From Octopus vulgaris (lineage: Eukaryota): a stretch of DNA of 64,000 bases. A model generated the notes under the pieces. It was given only the letters and a program-made list of their open reading frames with translations. It made no database searches and had not been told where the DNA came from. The stretch's first letter is position 1, and each line of letters starts with the position of its first letter. Location: the NCBI GenBank assembly GCA_951406725.2, contig OX597829.1:39370001-39434000 (forward strand). Direction: 5' to 3'. This document shows, one piece after another, positions 50,756-63,809 of this stretch. A program made the position numbers and the translations under genes.

Positions 50756-51297
50756 GTAAGCAAGAAGATGTAAAAAGACACTGAACGTAATTGAATTAGG
50801 CATTCAAACTTTCAATCAGCCGAAAATGAAATGGGGTTGTATGGGATGAAAAGTAGGGACAGAGTCCAATCTTTGGTCACTCGGTGACAAATCTAGATAT
50901 GTTTCTGCATTGTTTGTGAAACAAAGTCCTTTCACAGCTGCCAAGACCTTGGAATGACAAAAAAATAATGTTATTTGGTGTGAAGATAATTTACTGATTA
51001 GACAAATTAAAAATAATGACTTTGGAAAATTTCCCAAGGGTGTCTTCTATACGAAGACCATTGAGTTAAAAGAAGGTCTTGGCAGCTACAATTAGACAAA
51101 GCTTTGCTGAAGTGATCCTCTCCTGTGCTGTTGTCACAGATCAGAATTGCTGCCTTTATGTATTTGTCCCTTTTGAGGATAATTTTCATTAACATTGAAT
51201 TTTTTTCTCATTATATTTATATTTTCAGTTAATCATTCTCTGCTCAGCAAAGTGAGGTAGCCTGTACTTAAAAGGCACGTTTTATAAAATTTTTCAG

Positions 51298-51457
<160 letters not shown>

Positions 51458-51631
51458 GAGTTCCTGGCTTTAAGGGTATTGTGAAAGGCTTGGTTGGAGA
51501 ATCCAACCATCTGAAGGACCGCTTCAATATCTGTGAATCTGAGAGGGGTGTATGTTGAATGAAATCATAATTAATTGATCCTGCTGTATTTTCATTTACC
51601 AAAAGCCAGGAACTTTTCAGCATCCCCTTGT
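51458..51631 (+). mobile_element. Tc1/mariner MITE
   Basis: agttcctggcttt...aaagccaggaacttttcagcatcccc inverted ends; same family as 19469. Confidence 0.75.
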
Positions 51632-51785
51632 GCATACAATCATACATACATACATACATACATATACCTACATATGATTTTCTTTTTGTTTTCATATACC
51701 AAGTTCCCTCAAAAGAGTTTGGCCAGGACTATAGTGTATTTGCCCAAAGAGTTACACAATGAGAACAAGCCTAAAGTTACATACC

Positions 51786-52097
51786 TATTTCTTTACTGCC
51801 CACAAGGGGCTAAACACAGAGGAGACAAACAAGGACAGACAAACGGATTAAGTCGATTATATCGACTCCAGTGCGTAACTGGTACTTATTTAATCGACCC
51901 CGAAAGGATGAAAGGCAAAGTTGACCTTGGCAGAATTTGAACTCGGAACGTAGCGGCGGCAGACGAAATACAGCTACGCATTTCATCCGGCGTGCTAACG
52001 TTCAAGAGTTACACAATGAGAACACGGAACGTAGCGGCGGCAGACGAAATACAGCTACGCATTTCATCCGGCGTGCTAACGTTTCTGCCAGCTCGCC
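51786..52097 (-). mobile_element. SINE family A with internal duplication and templated insert
   Basis: 51944-52002 repeated at 52025-52083. Confidence 0.85.
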
Positions 52098-52573
52098 TGT
52101 AACCAAGGAAGGAAAAAAAAAGTACTGCAAAGATATAGTTCCAACTGACTCTAATTCTTTGTGGGATGTCAGACATGCAGAAACAGAACAGAATGCTTCA
52201 ATGCTCTCTCAAAAAATACTGACGTTCTCTGCTAGCTTGAATGGTGATTTTCTATGTTGCTGGGAATGAAGCAGTTAGAAGGTGCCGAAATTATTGTGAG
52301 ACTCAGTCGAATATATGTTGAATATGTGCATCATTTATCTTGTTTCAGTCATTTGACTGCGGCCATACTGGGGCAATGCCTTGAAGGGTTTAATGAAACA
52401 AATAAACCCCTGTACTTACTTTTTTTTTAAAAGTTTGCTACTCATTTTATTGGATCTCTTTTGCCTAACCACTAAGTTACAGGGTTATAAGTATACCAAC
52501 ACTGATTGGCAAGTGGTGGGGTGAAGGCAAGCAGAAAGACTTATGTCATACCTATATATATATATATATATAT

Positions 52574-52905
52574 AAGTTCAGCAAAATTTAGATTCAGATG
52601 AATATGGTACTTAAGTCAAAGGCACCAGAATTTTGTATGATATTATCCATATATATCCATGGGGGTGATTACAATAAAAATAAGCCACAAGTATATCCGA
52701 GGTAATGTGGTAAGATCGTTTCATGCTACTTCATTTTATTAAACACTGTAAGCATTACATCAGTTCTAAAATGTCGAGCAATCTTCAGCCACCTTTAGAG
52801 ATTTTCCAATCAAATGGACAATGCACATTCTTATCCCTATTTCGTTTTCCAACATTATAAAGAGGTTAGATATACAGACAGAGAGGTTGATTTCATTCTT
52901 AAGAT
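52574..52905 (-). mobile_element. Penelope-like fragment in (TA)n with hammerhead-like core (52710-52763)
   Basis: Minus strand CTGATGTA-atgct...agcat-GAAAC-gatc; stem I not evident. Confidence 0.5.
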
Positions 52906-53452
52906 ATATATATATACTTATAGGTTTTCTGCTCCTTGTGGTTGTCTACTCCTTGCAGAGTTTGATTTCTTCTTGCACCTATAATTGCTCTTTCCTAGTG
53001 TGAAATTGTAAATGACTTTTGTGCCCTGAAAAGCTTTTGAAGAGCAGGTCACAAATACTTCAGGACTGTCTCATTTCAGCATTGGCTCCGTTTTCCACTT
53101 GTTTATTATGAATGTTCAAGTGGCACTTCAATCCTCCATTGTAACTTACAGGTTTTATATATCATCATCATCATCACCATCATCATCAATTCTGTTTTCC
53201 ATGCTGGCATGGATTAAATGGCTTGACAGGAAGCTAGCATGACCGAGAGTCACTCATTGTCTGTTTTCTACAGCTGGATTTCTACAGCTGCTTTCTATAG
53301 TGTTACTTCCTAGCGCCAACCATTTGACAAACCATACTAGGTGTTTTTAACATGGCACCAGTACCAACAGGGTCACCAAGTACCTTGCAAAGCAAAAGAA
53401 AAAGTGAGATAAAAATGGCAATAACCCCCTCAACATTTGCTTTCCATACTTA

Positions 53453-53489
53453 CAGTTGAAAAGAATTTCAATAACCGAAACCGGTACTG
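53453..53489 (+). ncRNA. Minimal hammerhead-like motif, U3-A8 variant
   Basis: cag-TTGAAAA-gaatttcaataacc-GAAAC-CG-GTA-ctg; stem II weak. Confidence 0.45.
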
Positions 53490-53699
53490 AAATAATTTTT
53501 ATAAAATTAGTTTAGCATTTTCTACCTTGACTTTTTTTTCCATAGATATATTTATATATAAGTATAGAGTTAACAGATGAGATCCAAAGATGCTCAGTAT
53601 AGAAAACACTTAGTAGTGACTAAGTCCATGGGGGTACAGTGTAGCTATAAGAGGAATTCATTTGAGTAGAAATAAGACTGTTTGGGGTAGGTGTATAAG

Positions 53700-53703
53700 C
53701 TAC

Positions 53704-53763
<60 letters not shown>

Positions 53764-54062
53764 GTAAATAAAGCAAGACAAAGACAGAAAGTATTCATAT
53801 AATGAACATTCATGTATAAATATATAAATATTCATTTATTAATGGAACAGATTTACACAGAGTACGAAGACCCTGAAAAAACAAAGGGAAGAAGGTATGG
53901 TATTTTCAGGTATGACAGCTGTTTCTGGGGAGTCTGGCTTATGTAACAATGTTGGTAGATGCAGTTTGCAAAAAGTCAACCAGGGGTGGGTTGAAATGCC
54001 ATACCTTCTTGCCTTTGATTTTTTTTCTGTATCTTTGTACTCTGTGTAAATCTGGTCTGTTA

Positions 54063-54096
<34 letters not shown>

Positions 54097-54180
54097 GTAT
54101 GTATATATTTATACATGAATGTTCATCATCTGAACAGTTGCAGTCTTTGTCTCTCTTTATTTAATATGTATGTGTGTGTG
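53700..54180. repeat. Nested imperfect inverted repeat (Penelope-like core in TA context)
   Basis: Arms about 53762-53826/54102-54168 and 53850-53905/53994-54052; minus-strand gaaacagctgtc at 53914-53925. Confidence 0.7.
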
Positions 54181-54270
54181 TGCATGTGTTTTATATATCT
54201 AGCCCAAGTGGTTTTATCTGTTTATTTGCATCATTATCTCTCTCACCTCACACACACACACACACACACA

Positions 54271-54318
<48 letters not shown>

Positions 54319-54329
54319 CTTGCTTTCTT

Positions 54330-54737
54330 TTTCTCTTTTTACTTGTTTCAGTCATTTTGACAGCGGCCATGCTGGTGCACCGCCTTTAGTCGAGCAACTC
54401 GACCCCGGAACTTATTCTTTGTAAGCCCAGTACTTATTCTATTGGTCTCTTTTGCCGAACCGCTAAGTGATGGGGACATAAACACACCACCATCGGTTGT
54501 CAAGTAATGCTAGGGGGACAAACACAGACACACATACATACACACACATACATATATATATATATACATATATACGACAGGCTTCTTTCAGTTTCCGTCT
54601 ACCAAATCCACTCACTAAGCATTGGTCGGCCCGAGGCTATAGTAGAAGACACTTGCCCAAGGTGCCACACAGTGGGACTGAACCCGTAACCATGTGGTTG
54701 GTAAACAAGCTACTTACCACACAGCCACTCCTGCGCC
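54330..54737 (-). mobile_element. SINE family B, full length
   Basis: Reverse complement of the 40981-41368 type. Confidence 0.9.
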
Positions 54738-55077
54738 CATATATATATAACAATTGCAGCGTGGAAGGTGTTTATAAGCCATTTAAGAAACACACAAAAC
54801 CATTAGATTCACTTCAACATTTAAGCCATGCTGCAATTGTTTTCGTTCCAGCACACGATCTCAGATCAAGTCACTCGCTATGCAAGTACATCTCTGTAAT
54901 ATATATATAAATGTATATGAATAAGGATAAGATCGTTACTTTAAAGATCAATCTTATCAAGTGGCCAGTATGGGAATAAAAACCTTCAAAGGTAATAATT
55001 ATTATTAAAACTATAATTTAGGGTATCTAAGAGATACCGCTATGCTGGAAATAGCAACCATGTATATACGTGTCTCT

Positions 55078-55440
55078 GTGTGTGTGGCAAGATGTGGTTC
55101 CAGTTTCAGTCCCACTGCATGGTACCTTGGGCAAGTGTCTTCTACTTATAGCCTTGGCCCGACCAAAGCCTTGTGAGTGGATTTGGTAGACAGAGACTGA
55201 AAGAAGCCCGTCATATGTGTTTGTGTGTGTTCATGTATGTGTCTTTGTGCCTGTGTTTGCCTTCCCCATCACCACTTGACAACTAGCATTGTCATGTTTA
55301 TGTCCCCACAACTTAGCGGTTTGCTAAAAGTCACCAATAGAATAAATGCAAGGCTTGAAAAATAAGTCCTGGGGTTGATTTGTTTGAAGGTTGTGCTCTA
55401 GCATGGCCGCCAACAAATGACTGAAACAAGTGAAAGAATA
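55078..55440 (+). mobile_element. SINE family B
   Basis: CORE-like block and tail. Confidence 0.85.
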
Positions 55441-55455
55441 TATGTGTATAATTAT

Positions 55456-55685
55456 ATTTCTTTACTACCCACAAGGGGCTAAACACAGAGGGGACAAACA
55501 AGGACAGACAAATGGATTAAGTCGATTACATCGACCCCAGTGCGTAACTGGTACTTAATTTATTGACCCCAAAAGGATGAAAGGTAAAGTTGACCTCGGC
55601 GAAATTTGAACTCAGAACGTAATGGCAGATGAAATACAGCTACGCATTTCGCCTGGCATGCTAACATTTCTGCCAGCTCGCCACC
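55456..55685 (-). mobile_element. SINE family A
   Basis: Full length; TSD-like aatatatgtgtata. Confidence 0.9.
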
Positions 55686-56255
55686 CTAATATATGTGTAT
55701 ATATATGTATATTTGAAGAGCTGGTAGGATCATTAGCTGACCACTTCGAAGAAGAGGACTCAAAATAGTTAAATGCTGAAAATTAATATTTATTTGTTTC
55801 ACTATACTGCAGTTTGTAATGAAACAGTTTCATGAATCACACACATGTACATACATGTATACTCTCTCTCTCTCTCTCTCTCACTCTCTCTCTCTCACAC
55901 ATACGCACACACATGTAAATGTAGTTAATTCATTTCCAATTATCACTTATTAATTGAAAACCCATAAAGCTGGAAGTGTTTTCCCATAGAAGTGTTATAA
56001 TTGGGACTTTGGTTCCAACTAGCCAGTTGCAAAATAAAGAAAACACAAACAAATTATCATAATTAACATTTAATTGAAAATGCTCATATTAAAGTTTTAG
56101 TGAAAAAATGTTTTTTGTTTTAATTTCACAAGGTTTTTTTTTTCTTCTTTTTTAATCATCATTCACAGTGAATTTTGCTATGTCAAATTTTCAGAAGATG
56201 GCGTAATTCAGAAACACTTTGTGAATTGTCTGTCTGCAACACTGTTTTTAATTAT

Positions 56256-56575
56256 TCCGGTGGCACATAAAAAGCACCATCCGAACGTGGCCGATGCCAG
56301 TGCCGCCTTGGCTGGCTTCCGTGCCGGTGGCACGTTAAAAGCACCAACCGATCGTGGCCGATGCCAGACCCCCCCCCTGGCACCCGTGCAGGTGGCACGT
56401 AAAAAGCACCCACTACACTCGCGGAGTGGTTGGTGTTAGGAAGGGCATCCAGCTGTAGAAACACTGCCAGATCAGACTGGTGCCTGGTGCAGCCCTGGCT
56501 TCCCAGACCCCAGTCGAACCGTCCAACCCGTGCCAGCGCGGAAAATGGACGTTAAACGATGATGATGATGATGAT
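56256..56575 (+). mobile_element. RTE 3' UTR copy (family C)
   Basis: Three ggtggcac...aaaagcacc modules and (GAT)n tail. Confidence 0.88.
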
Positions 56576-57049
56576 TCTTCATAAATTTACCGATAAATTT
56601 GTTGTTTGGATATTTCAATGTAGACATTTTTGTGGCCTTTTTCTTTATATTCAAAAGTACTTTAAGTGTTAAATTTTAGGCTGGAATTTCCTCCTCTATT
56701 TCCGTTTGTTTTTTATTTTGGTACTATGGCACTTTGAATAACATTTCATTTCATTTAATAAGTGTTACATTGTGACAATCCTTTAGAATTTAAACCATCC
56801 ATACCTGGCCCAAAATATTCAATTGGTTTTGACTCAAACTGATCAGATTTGGTCTCATGCACCTGTCCTAAAATGAATTGAGAAAGTGGATCAGACTTGG
56901 CGATGCTCTAAATGTATATGGAAGTTCCGGGAATTGAATGGTTGAGTAATGTGCTAATGAGGTGGAGAGTATTACTAAAACTGAAGGGAATCTTAATGGT
57001 ATGCTACATGTGTGGAAAATACTATGAATGAGACATTGTTTGTGAACAT

Positions 57050-57441
57050 GGCGCAGGAGTGGCTGTGTGGTAAGTATCTTGCTTGCCAACCACATGATTC
57101 CGGGTTTCAGTCCCACTGTGTGGCACCTTGGGCAAGTGTCTTCTACTATAGTCTCGGGCTATAGTAGAAGCCTTGTGAGTGGATTTGGTAGACGGAAACT
57201 GATAGAAGCCCGTTGTATATATGTATATGTATGTGTGTCTGTGTTTGTCCCCCCAAACATCGCTTGAAAACCGATGCTGGTGTGTTTACGTCCCCGTAAC
57301 TTAGTGGTTCAGCAAAAGAGACTGATAGAATAAGTACTAGGCTTACAAAGAATAAATCCTGGGAGTCGATTTCCTCGACTAAAGGCGGTGCTCCAGCATG
57401 GCCGAAGTCAAATGGCTGAAGCAAGTAAAGAGTAAAAGAGT
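57050..57441 (+). mobile_element. SINE family B, full length
   Basis: ggcgcaggagtggctgtgtggtaag head through (GTAAAGA) tail. Confidence 0.9.
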
Positions 57442-58593
57442 ATGGAGCAGTAGAGAAGTCTGAAAGGAATGGAAGTAAGATTGGTTAAATTGCTGAGAGT
57501 GAGATAGACTAAGTTGCAGAGAACGGAGCCAGCCAGCCAGCCAGCCAGTGGTAAATATTGTGAAAAGAGATGCAATGAGATTGTTGGATTATGTGCAATG
57601 GAAGGATGAAAGTGACCAGGGAATAAAAAAAATTATGGAAGTTACTATATTTGGTAGACGGAAACTGATAGAAGCCCGTTGTATATATGTATATGTATGT
57701 GTGTCTGTGTTTGTCCCCCCAACATCGCTTGAAAACCGATATTTCTCCTTTCTCTGCTAAAAGGAGAAAAACTATAGAGAAGCTATAAGGTGATACAGGA
57801 AGAACTGAGAGCAAGCAGGTTGTTGGTGGGTGGTAGGTAGAGGACAGGATAAAACAGACAAGACTTCTAAGCTAAAAAAGCTAACTTCTGCTTTGTAAGA
57901 GAAAATGGCCTTAAAATGCATGTCGTTTGTACATACATTTACAAAAACACAAACCTTCATGTACAAACACTGTATACACACCCATGTATACACAAATACA
58001 TGCATATCTGTGAATATGTACTTATATATTTATGCATATATCTACACACACACACACACACATAAACATTGTTCCTTTTTAATCCATTAGATAAGCCTTG
58101 GGTTCAATGATTTAAAAAAATTCTTTGTTTGTCTTTCTTATTGTAAATATCTCCTGAAGGAAAACAATCATGATTGTTATGAATAATGTACATCAATATC
58201 CCCCAGAGTTTATCCAGTTGTGCAAGTTTTAATAAATTGTTTACTCTCACTCCTTCTGTTTTCTCTCGTTATCTCTCTCACTTTGTCTGAGAGTACTTTT
58301 CATCTGCTCATTCCATGTCTGTTACGTATTTTGCTTTTTTTTATCCCCCACCCCACTTCCTTACATTTTTATCCATTTTATATTATTTTCCTTTTTTTTT
58401 TTAGACAACATAATGCTAGTTGGTGCTATGCTGCATGTCCTTTTGAATGTGATGCACACTGCTGGCCTTTGTAGATGCACATCATTCACCATCTACCCAT
58501 TGAAGCAAACATTAAACTAGGCCATCTCGGAGCTATCCTGGACAGTTGAAAGGTTCTCAACTTTTTCTGTTGAGAGGCACAAATAAAATATTG

Positions 58594-59260
58594 TAGGTGT
58601 AGATGTGTGATTAAACAGTTTACTTTCCAATCCTGTAGTCTTGAATTCGGTTCTACTGTTCAGAACCTTAGGCAAGTGTCTTCTACTATAACTCCAGCAT
58701 GAACAAAGCCTTTGTGAGTGGATTTGGTTGATGGAAACTGAGAGAAGCTCATCATATATATGTGCATGTACCATTGTCTTCGCATCACGTGATAGTTACA
58801 AGCAAGCATTATTGTTGTGATGTTCTTTTTACAGTCTCTGTGAGAAACATGTCATTGAGAAATAATACTTTTCTTGGAAGCAGATGAGTGTTGGTGACAC
58901 AAAGGGTATCCAGCTATAAGGCGGCAAGCTGGCAGAAACATTAGCACACCGGGCAAAATGCTTAGTGGTATTTCGTCTGCTGCTACGTTCTGAGTTCAAA
59001 TTCCACCGAGGTCGACTTTGCCTTTCATCCTTTCGGGGTCGATAAATTAAGTACCAGTTACGGACTGGGGTCGATGTAATCGACTTAATCCATTTGTCTG
59101 TCCTTGTTTGTCCCCTCTGTGTTTAGTCCCTTGTGGGTAGTAAAGAAATAGGTATCCAGCTATAAGAAATGTCCCAAAAATTCTGTCTGATCTGTAAAAA
59201 CTTAGAACAGTGGACATTAGTCTTCTAACCCATGCCAACATGGAGGATGAATGTTAAATG
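58594..59260 (+). mobile_element. Old CORE-type SINE with nested SINE A (58921-59150)
   Basis: Nested copy has TSD ggtatccagctataag. Confidence 0.8.
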
Positions 59261-59264
59261 TAAG

Positions 59265-59535
59265 TATTCAGCTCATGACCATAAAGCTCTGAATTCGATT
59301 CCTTATGATGCATTGTGTCCTTAAGCAAGACACTTTATTTCACATTGCTCCAGTCCACTCAGCTAGCAAATGCATTGTAACCGTAATTCAGAGTCAGCTT
59401 TGTCACATTCTATGCCATGTTAAACTTACGCATGTCTGTGGAGTGCTCAACTGCTTTCACATTAATTAATTACATGAGCAGGCTAGTCTGTTGATGAGAT
59501 CAAATGGAACCCTCGTCCTCACAACCAATAGAGTG
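59265..59535 (+). mobile_element. Decayed SINE family D
   Basis: gtgtccttaagcaagacactttatttcacattgctccagtcc core. Confidence 0.7.
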
Positions 59536-60449
59536 CCAATTACTGTTATCAACCATTTCACAGAATTTTTAATTGGCAGCATCCACACCTTGGATTTGTC
59601 ACATTGTACCACTTTGATACCACTGGGAATCTCTAGGCAGTCACTTCATCTGCTAGAAATTGTAGCTGAGTCTTTTTCAAATCATATTTTCATTTTTTAA
59701 ACCTCTTTTACACAACTTACTCCAAAGAGGAGGAACAGCACCAAGGATTTTGTTGTGGGTCCATAAAACTGGTGGAAGGAAATTATCCTCAAACTAAGTC
59801 TGAGAGATTGCATCATAGTGCACTGTGCTAAAGACACAACTGGACCAGACCAAGCACCAGGCAGTGTTTTAAGTCTGTTGTTCAAAAGTGTTATTATCTC
59901 TAATGATCTAATTTTAACGGATTAAAAATTTATTAGCTTACAATATCATATATTTTAATTAACATTCACTTGTGTATTCAGCTTAATCACTCCCTTATAT
60001 AAATCTGGTTTACACTATATTTGTAATTTATTCAAGCCAATAAGTCAACATGTGTGTAACCCTTTGAACTGTTCAGCACAGCAGGGATACCTTCAACAGA
60101 CACCAAAACCATTAAATGTGTGACTACACCAGGGAGCCATTCAAGTTAAGCAAAAGAGATCTTATATATTCACACAAATTGTTGAGCTTAGTAATATAAC
60201 CTTGTTGAACTAATTATTGAGATACTAAATTACTAGTGTATTAACATAGAGTATATCTATAGACTTTAGCTGGCACTGTGTGTAATACATAGATATGATG
60301 TGATTTTGTATACATGTGATAGTCTGTTGTGTAGAGTAGCATTATTGTAAGTATGATGTTATCAGAATTGGGGAACATGTCCCAAATCTTAATTCTGCCT
60401 CACTGTAGGAGCAACAAAGAGAAAAAAAGTTGATGGTACATATGTCATT

Positions 60450-60671
60450 CTGGCAGAAACGTTAGCACGCCGGGCGATATGCTTAGCGGTATTTCATCTG
60501 CCGTTATGTTCTGAGTTCAAATTCCGCTGAGGTCGACTTTGCCTTTCATCCTTTCGGAGTCGATAAATTAAGTACCAGTTACGCACTGGGGTCGATGTAA
60601 TCGACTTAATCCGTTTGTCTGTCCTTGTTTGTCCGCTCTGTGTTTAGCCCCTTGTGGGCAATAAAGAAATA
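60450..60671 (+). mobile_element. SINE family A
   Basis: TSD ggtacatatgtcattct. Confidence 0.9.
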
Positions 60672-61366
60672 GGTACATATGTCATTCTTTTGAAATACAT
60701 ATGATACAAAGGAGGTTGGCATAAAGGAATTCTAGATTTTCTTTCCTCTTTCCACTTCATGGTCTTGGTTCTGCTTCCTTATTCTTTCTAGTTATCAACT
60801 CTTATGAAATAATGTGGGTATCATTTCTTTCTTAAGTTCACTGAGTGCTGGTGAGGTTTATTTAGCAAGGCCCACAATGACAATGTGAACTCTCCTTTCT
60901 TGCTCCCTTTCAGATAGGTAATTATAGGAGAAAGAGAGACCCCCCCCCCGATAAGAATCAACTCCCACCCACCCACGCACACACAACCATCACAAGTGCT
61001 TGGTTGATATTTTATTTATTGACACTTCTACCGCTAGAGATGAAAAATTACTTGATCACAATGAGATTTGATTTCAGAGTTTAGAGGATCGGAACAAATA
61101 CTGGAAGTATTCTGTCTGATGCTCTAGTGACTCTGCCAATTCACAGCTCTACTTGGATATTGGAAATCATCTCCTGTTTCTTCTAGAATATGTCGTTGTT
61201 GTTTAGTCACAGTTCAATGATGAGCAAGGATACCTATAATCAAAAGCTAAAACCTTTGATCAAAGTAAGCTGTGTTTTATTAAATGTAATTTCTCTAGCT
61301 ACTTTTTCCTACATGTCCTTTTCTTTATAAAGCTGTTGTTATGTGGTCTGAAAGAAATTTGGTTGA

Positions 61367-61683
61367 TGTGCTTGAGGAGACCTATTGAGTCAAGTACATC
61401 AACATCAAAATAAATATCAAATGGAAATTGTAGTTGTGATACCTGTGCTGGTGGCACATAAAAAGCACCATCTGAACGTGGACGCTGCCAGCCTCCCCTG
61501 GCACTTGTGCTGGTGGCATGTAAAAAGCACCCACTACACTGACGCAGTGGTTGGCATCTGGAAGGGCATCCAGCTGTAGAAACACTGACTGGAGCCTGGT
61601 GCAGCCCCCTGGCTTCCCAGACCCCGGTCGAACTGTCCAACCCATGCTAGCATGGAAAACGGACGTTAAACGATGATGATGAT
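61367..61683 (+). mobile_element. RTE 3' UTR copy (family C), long
   Basis: Begins tgtgcttgaggagacct.ttgagtcaagtac, which lies about 45 bp after the ORF stop in the 32-kb LINE. Confidence 0.88.
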
Positions 61684-62470
61684 TTCTAGCCAGTTGAGCA
61701 ACCACTTAGAGGCTACCTGAACTAGTTAGCTCAACTTCCAAACAAGTTGAGCTAACTCACTGTGAAATACATGCTTAAAAAAGCAACTAAAACCTGAGGT
61801 AATTGGTTATGGTCTGCCTCAGCAAAAATTTGGTTAATAAATTTAGCAAAATTCGATTTTGTAAAAAAATTGTTTTACTGCAGTGTAGCAGCGATAATAA
61901 TTATGTATTCTGCATTTGTGGCAGTTGTGTTTACCAAGAGTCAGGTGACCAGCAGAATTGGTGGAACATTGGACAAAAAGGGTTTGCAATGCATTGGATA
62001 TATCTCTTTATATTCTCAATTCAAATCCTATTGCACTCAACTTTACCTTTCACTGGCGCCAAGCTTCGGTATTATCTTTCATCCCCTGTCAGCATTTCAT
62101 AAAAGGAATTACAATTCAGGTTTATTTAATTGCGTATTTCCCCGCCCTCACCTTTGCAACATAACCAGTAAAGCATAAAAAAAAAAAATATGTTTGATCT
62201 CAAGCCAATGTTAGAAATCATTATTAGAGTATGTGTAACTAAGAATGTCAATTTATTTTATTATTGGCACTTTTGTTGCAGACGTATTTACGAAAAAAAA
62301 ACAAAAAAAAAAAAACATTGACTTAACAATGTGGCTCCCAGCTTCTAAAACATTGCAGTTTTACAGTACTGCTGTCAAAGAAAGTTATTGTGAGTTGTTC
62401 ATGTCTTTTGGGACTTATTTACTGCTAAGTAGACCGAAACATTTAAGTGTGAAGTTCCTTGGTCAATACC

Positions 62471-62699
62471 TATTTCTTTACTACCCACAAGGGGCTAAAC
62501 ACAGAAGGGACAAACAAGGACAGACAAACGGATTAAGTCGATTACATCGCCGCCAGTGTGTAACTGGTACTTATTTAATCGACCCCGAAAGGATGAAAGG
62601 CAAAGTCGACCTCGGCGGAATTTGAACTCACAACGTAACAACAGACGAAATACAGCTACGCATTTCACCCGGCGTGCTAATGTTACTGCCAGCTCACCG
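62471..62699 (-). mobile_element. SINE family A
   Basis: TSD cttggtcaata. Confidence 0.9.
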
Positions 62700-63449
62700 T
62701 CTTGGTCAATATTGCCTTCCCGCTCAACATAATTTTGCTGACCATACTCTTTTACTCTTTTATTTGTTTCAGTCATTTTGACTGCGGCCATGCTGGAGCA
62801 CCGCATGTTCATATTCATGACTGGAGTGTTGCAAGTTATTGTAACTGTTTGGTAATGAAGTACCATATTCATATTTATAGCAATGCATGTGCATGCGCAT
62901 GCACACACACACACACACAGAGACACACAGACACTCTAACACACTAACAATAGCGCTGCACTGCAGTAAAACAATTTAGAAGTAACTCTTTAAATCTTAA
63001 ATTCAGATTGAGTTCATTCACTGGAACAATTTATCTGACAGCATTTTGTTCTTTGCAGCTGTGTCGGTTATGTACACTAAGTGAGTGAGGGTAATATTTC
63101 ACAGTAGTACTTGCTTGGGCAGTAACTTGATGTGATGTTGCTAATGAAATGGTCAGATTATGGAAAAATCATGTTAACTATTTCCAAAACACAAACACAC
63201 ACACACACACACACACAAAGCATTATATTCACTTCAGTTTAGTATCATTAGTATCCATATACTATTTAACTGGCATGGTTGCCTGGTAAGAAGTTTGCTT
63301 CCCAACCACATGGTTGAGGGTTCGGTCCCACTGCATGACACCTTGGGCAAGGTGTCTTCTACCGTAGCCAAAAGCTGACAAACCCTTGCGAGAGGATTTG
63401 ATAGATGGAAACCGAGAAAAGTTTGTCATATGTTTAGATATATATACAT

Positions 63450-63727
63450 ATTTTTTCACGCTGAGAGTTGCTGAAGCATGGAACAAACTGCCGGCATCAG
63501 TTGTTAGTTGTCGGAGCACCGCATCCTTCAAAACTTCCATGCTTCCTGACATTCGCCAAAACTACACCTGATTTTCTCCCCTCCATACACACGCAAGCAT
63601 GTATCTGACTCATACACTGTTCGCTTCCCAGACATTACTTCCCAGTACAATACTGCATTTGCTTTATACGCACTTTTGACAAGTTGTGGTGCACCTGAGC
63701 ACTGTATACAGTAATTTCATTATTATA
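63450..63727 (+). mobile_element. CR1-group LINE 3' end
   Basis: FFTLRVAEAWNKLPASVV..STASFK motif, stop at 63571, 3' UTR ending cattattat. Confidence 0.8.
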
Positions 63728-63734
63728 TCTATGT

Positions 63735-63797
63735 GTCTAGTGGTTAGGATTCCTGGCTTTTACGCAGGCGGCCCGGGTTCGATTCCTGGCATGGGAA
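63735..63797 (+). pseudogene. tRNA-Glu-derived pseudogene fragment
   Basis: gtctagtggttaggattcctgg-ct-ttt-ac-gcagg-cggcccgggttcgattcctggcatgggaa matches eukaryotic tRNA-Glu(TTC); 5' acceptor strand lost, anticodon reads TTT, stem mismatch. Confidence 0.85.
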
Positions 63798-63809
63798 CGC
63801 CTTTCTTCA

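Noticed and set aside
63735-63797. Functional tRNA-Lys(TTT)
   Set aside because: The body is tRNA-Glu, the 5' acceptor strand is missing and the anticodon stem is mismatched.
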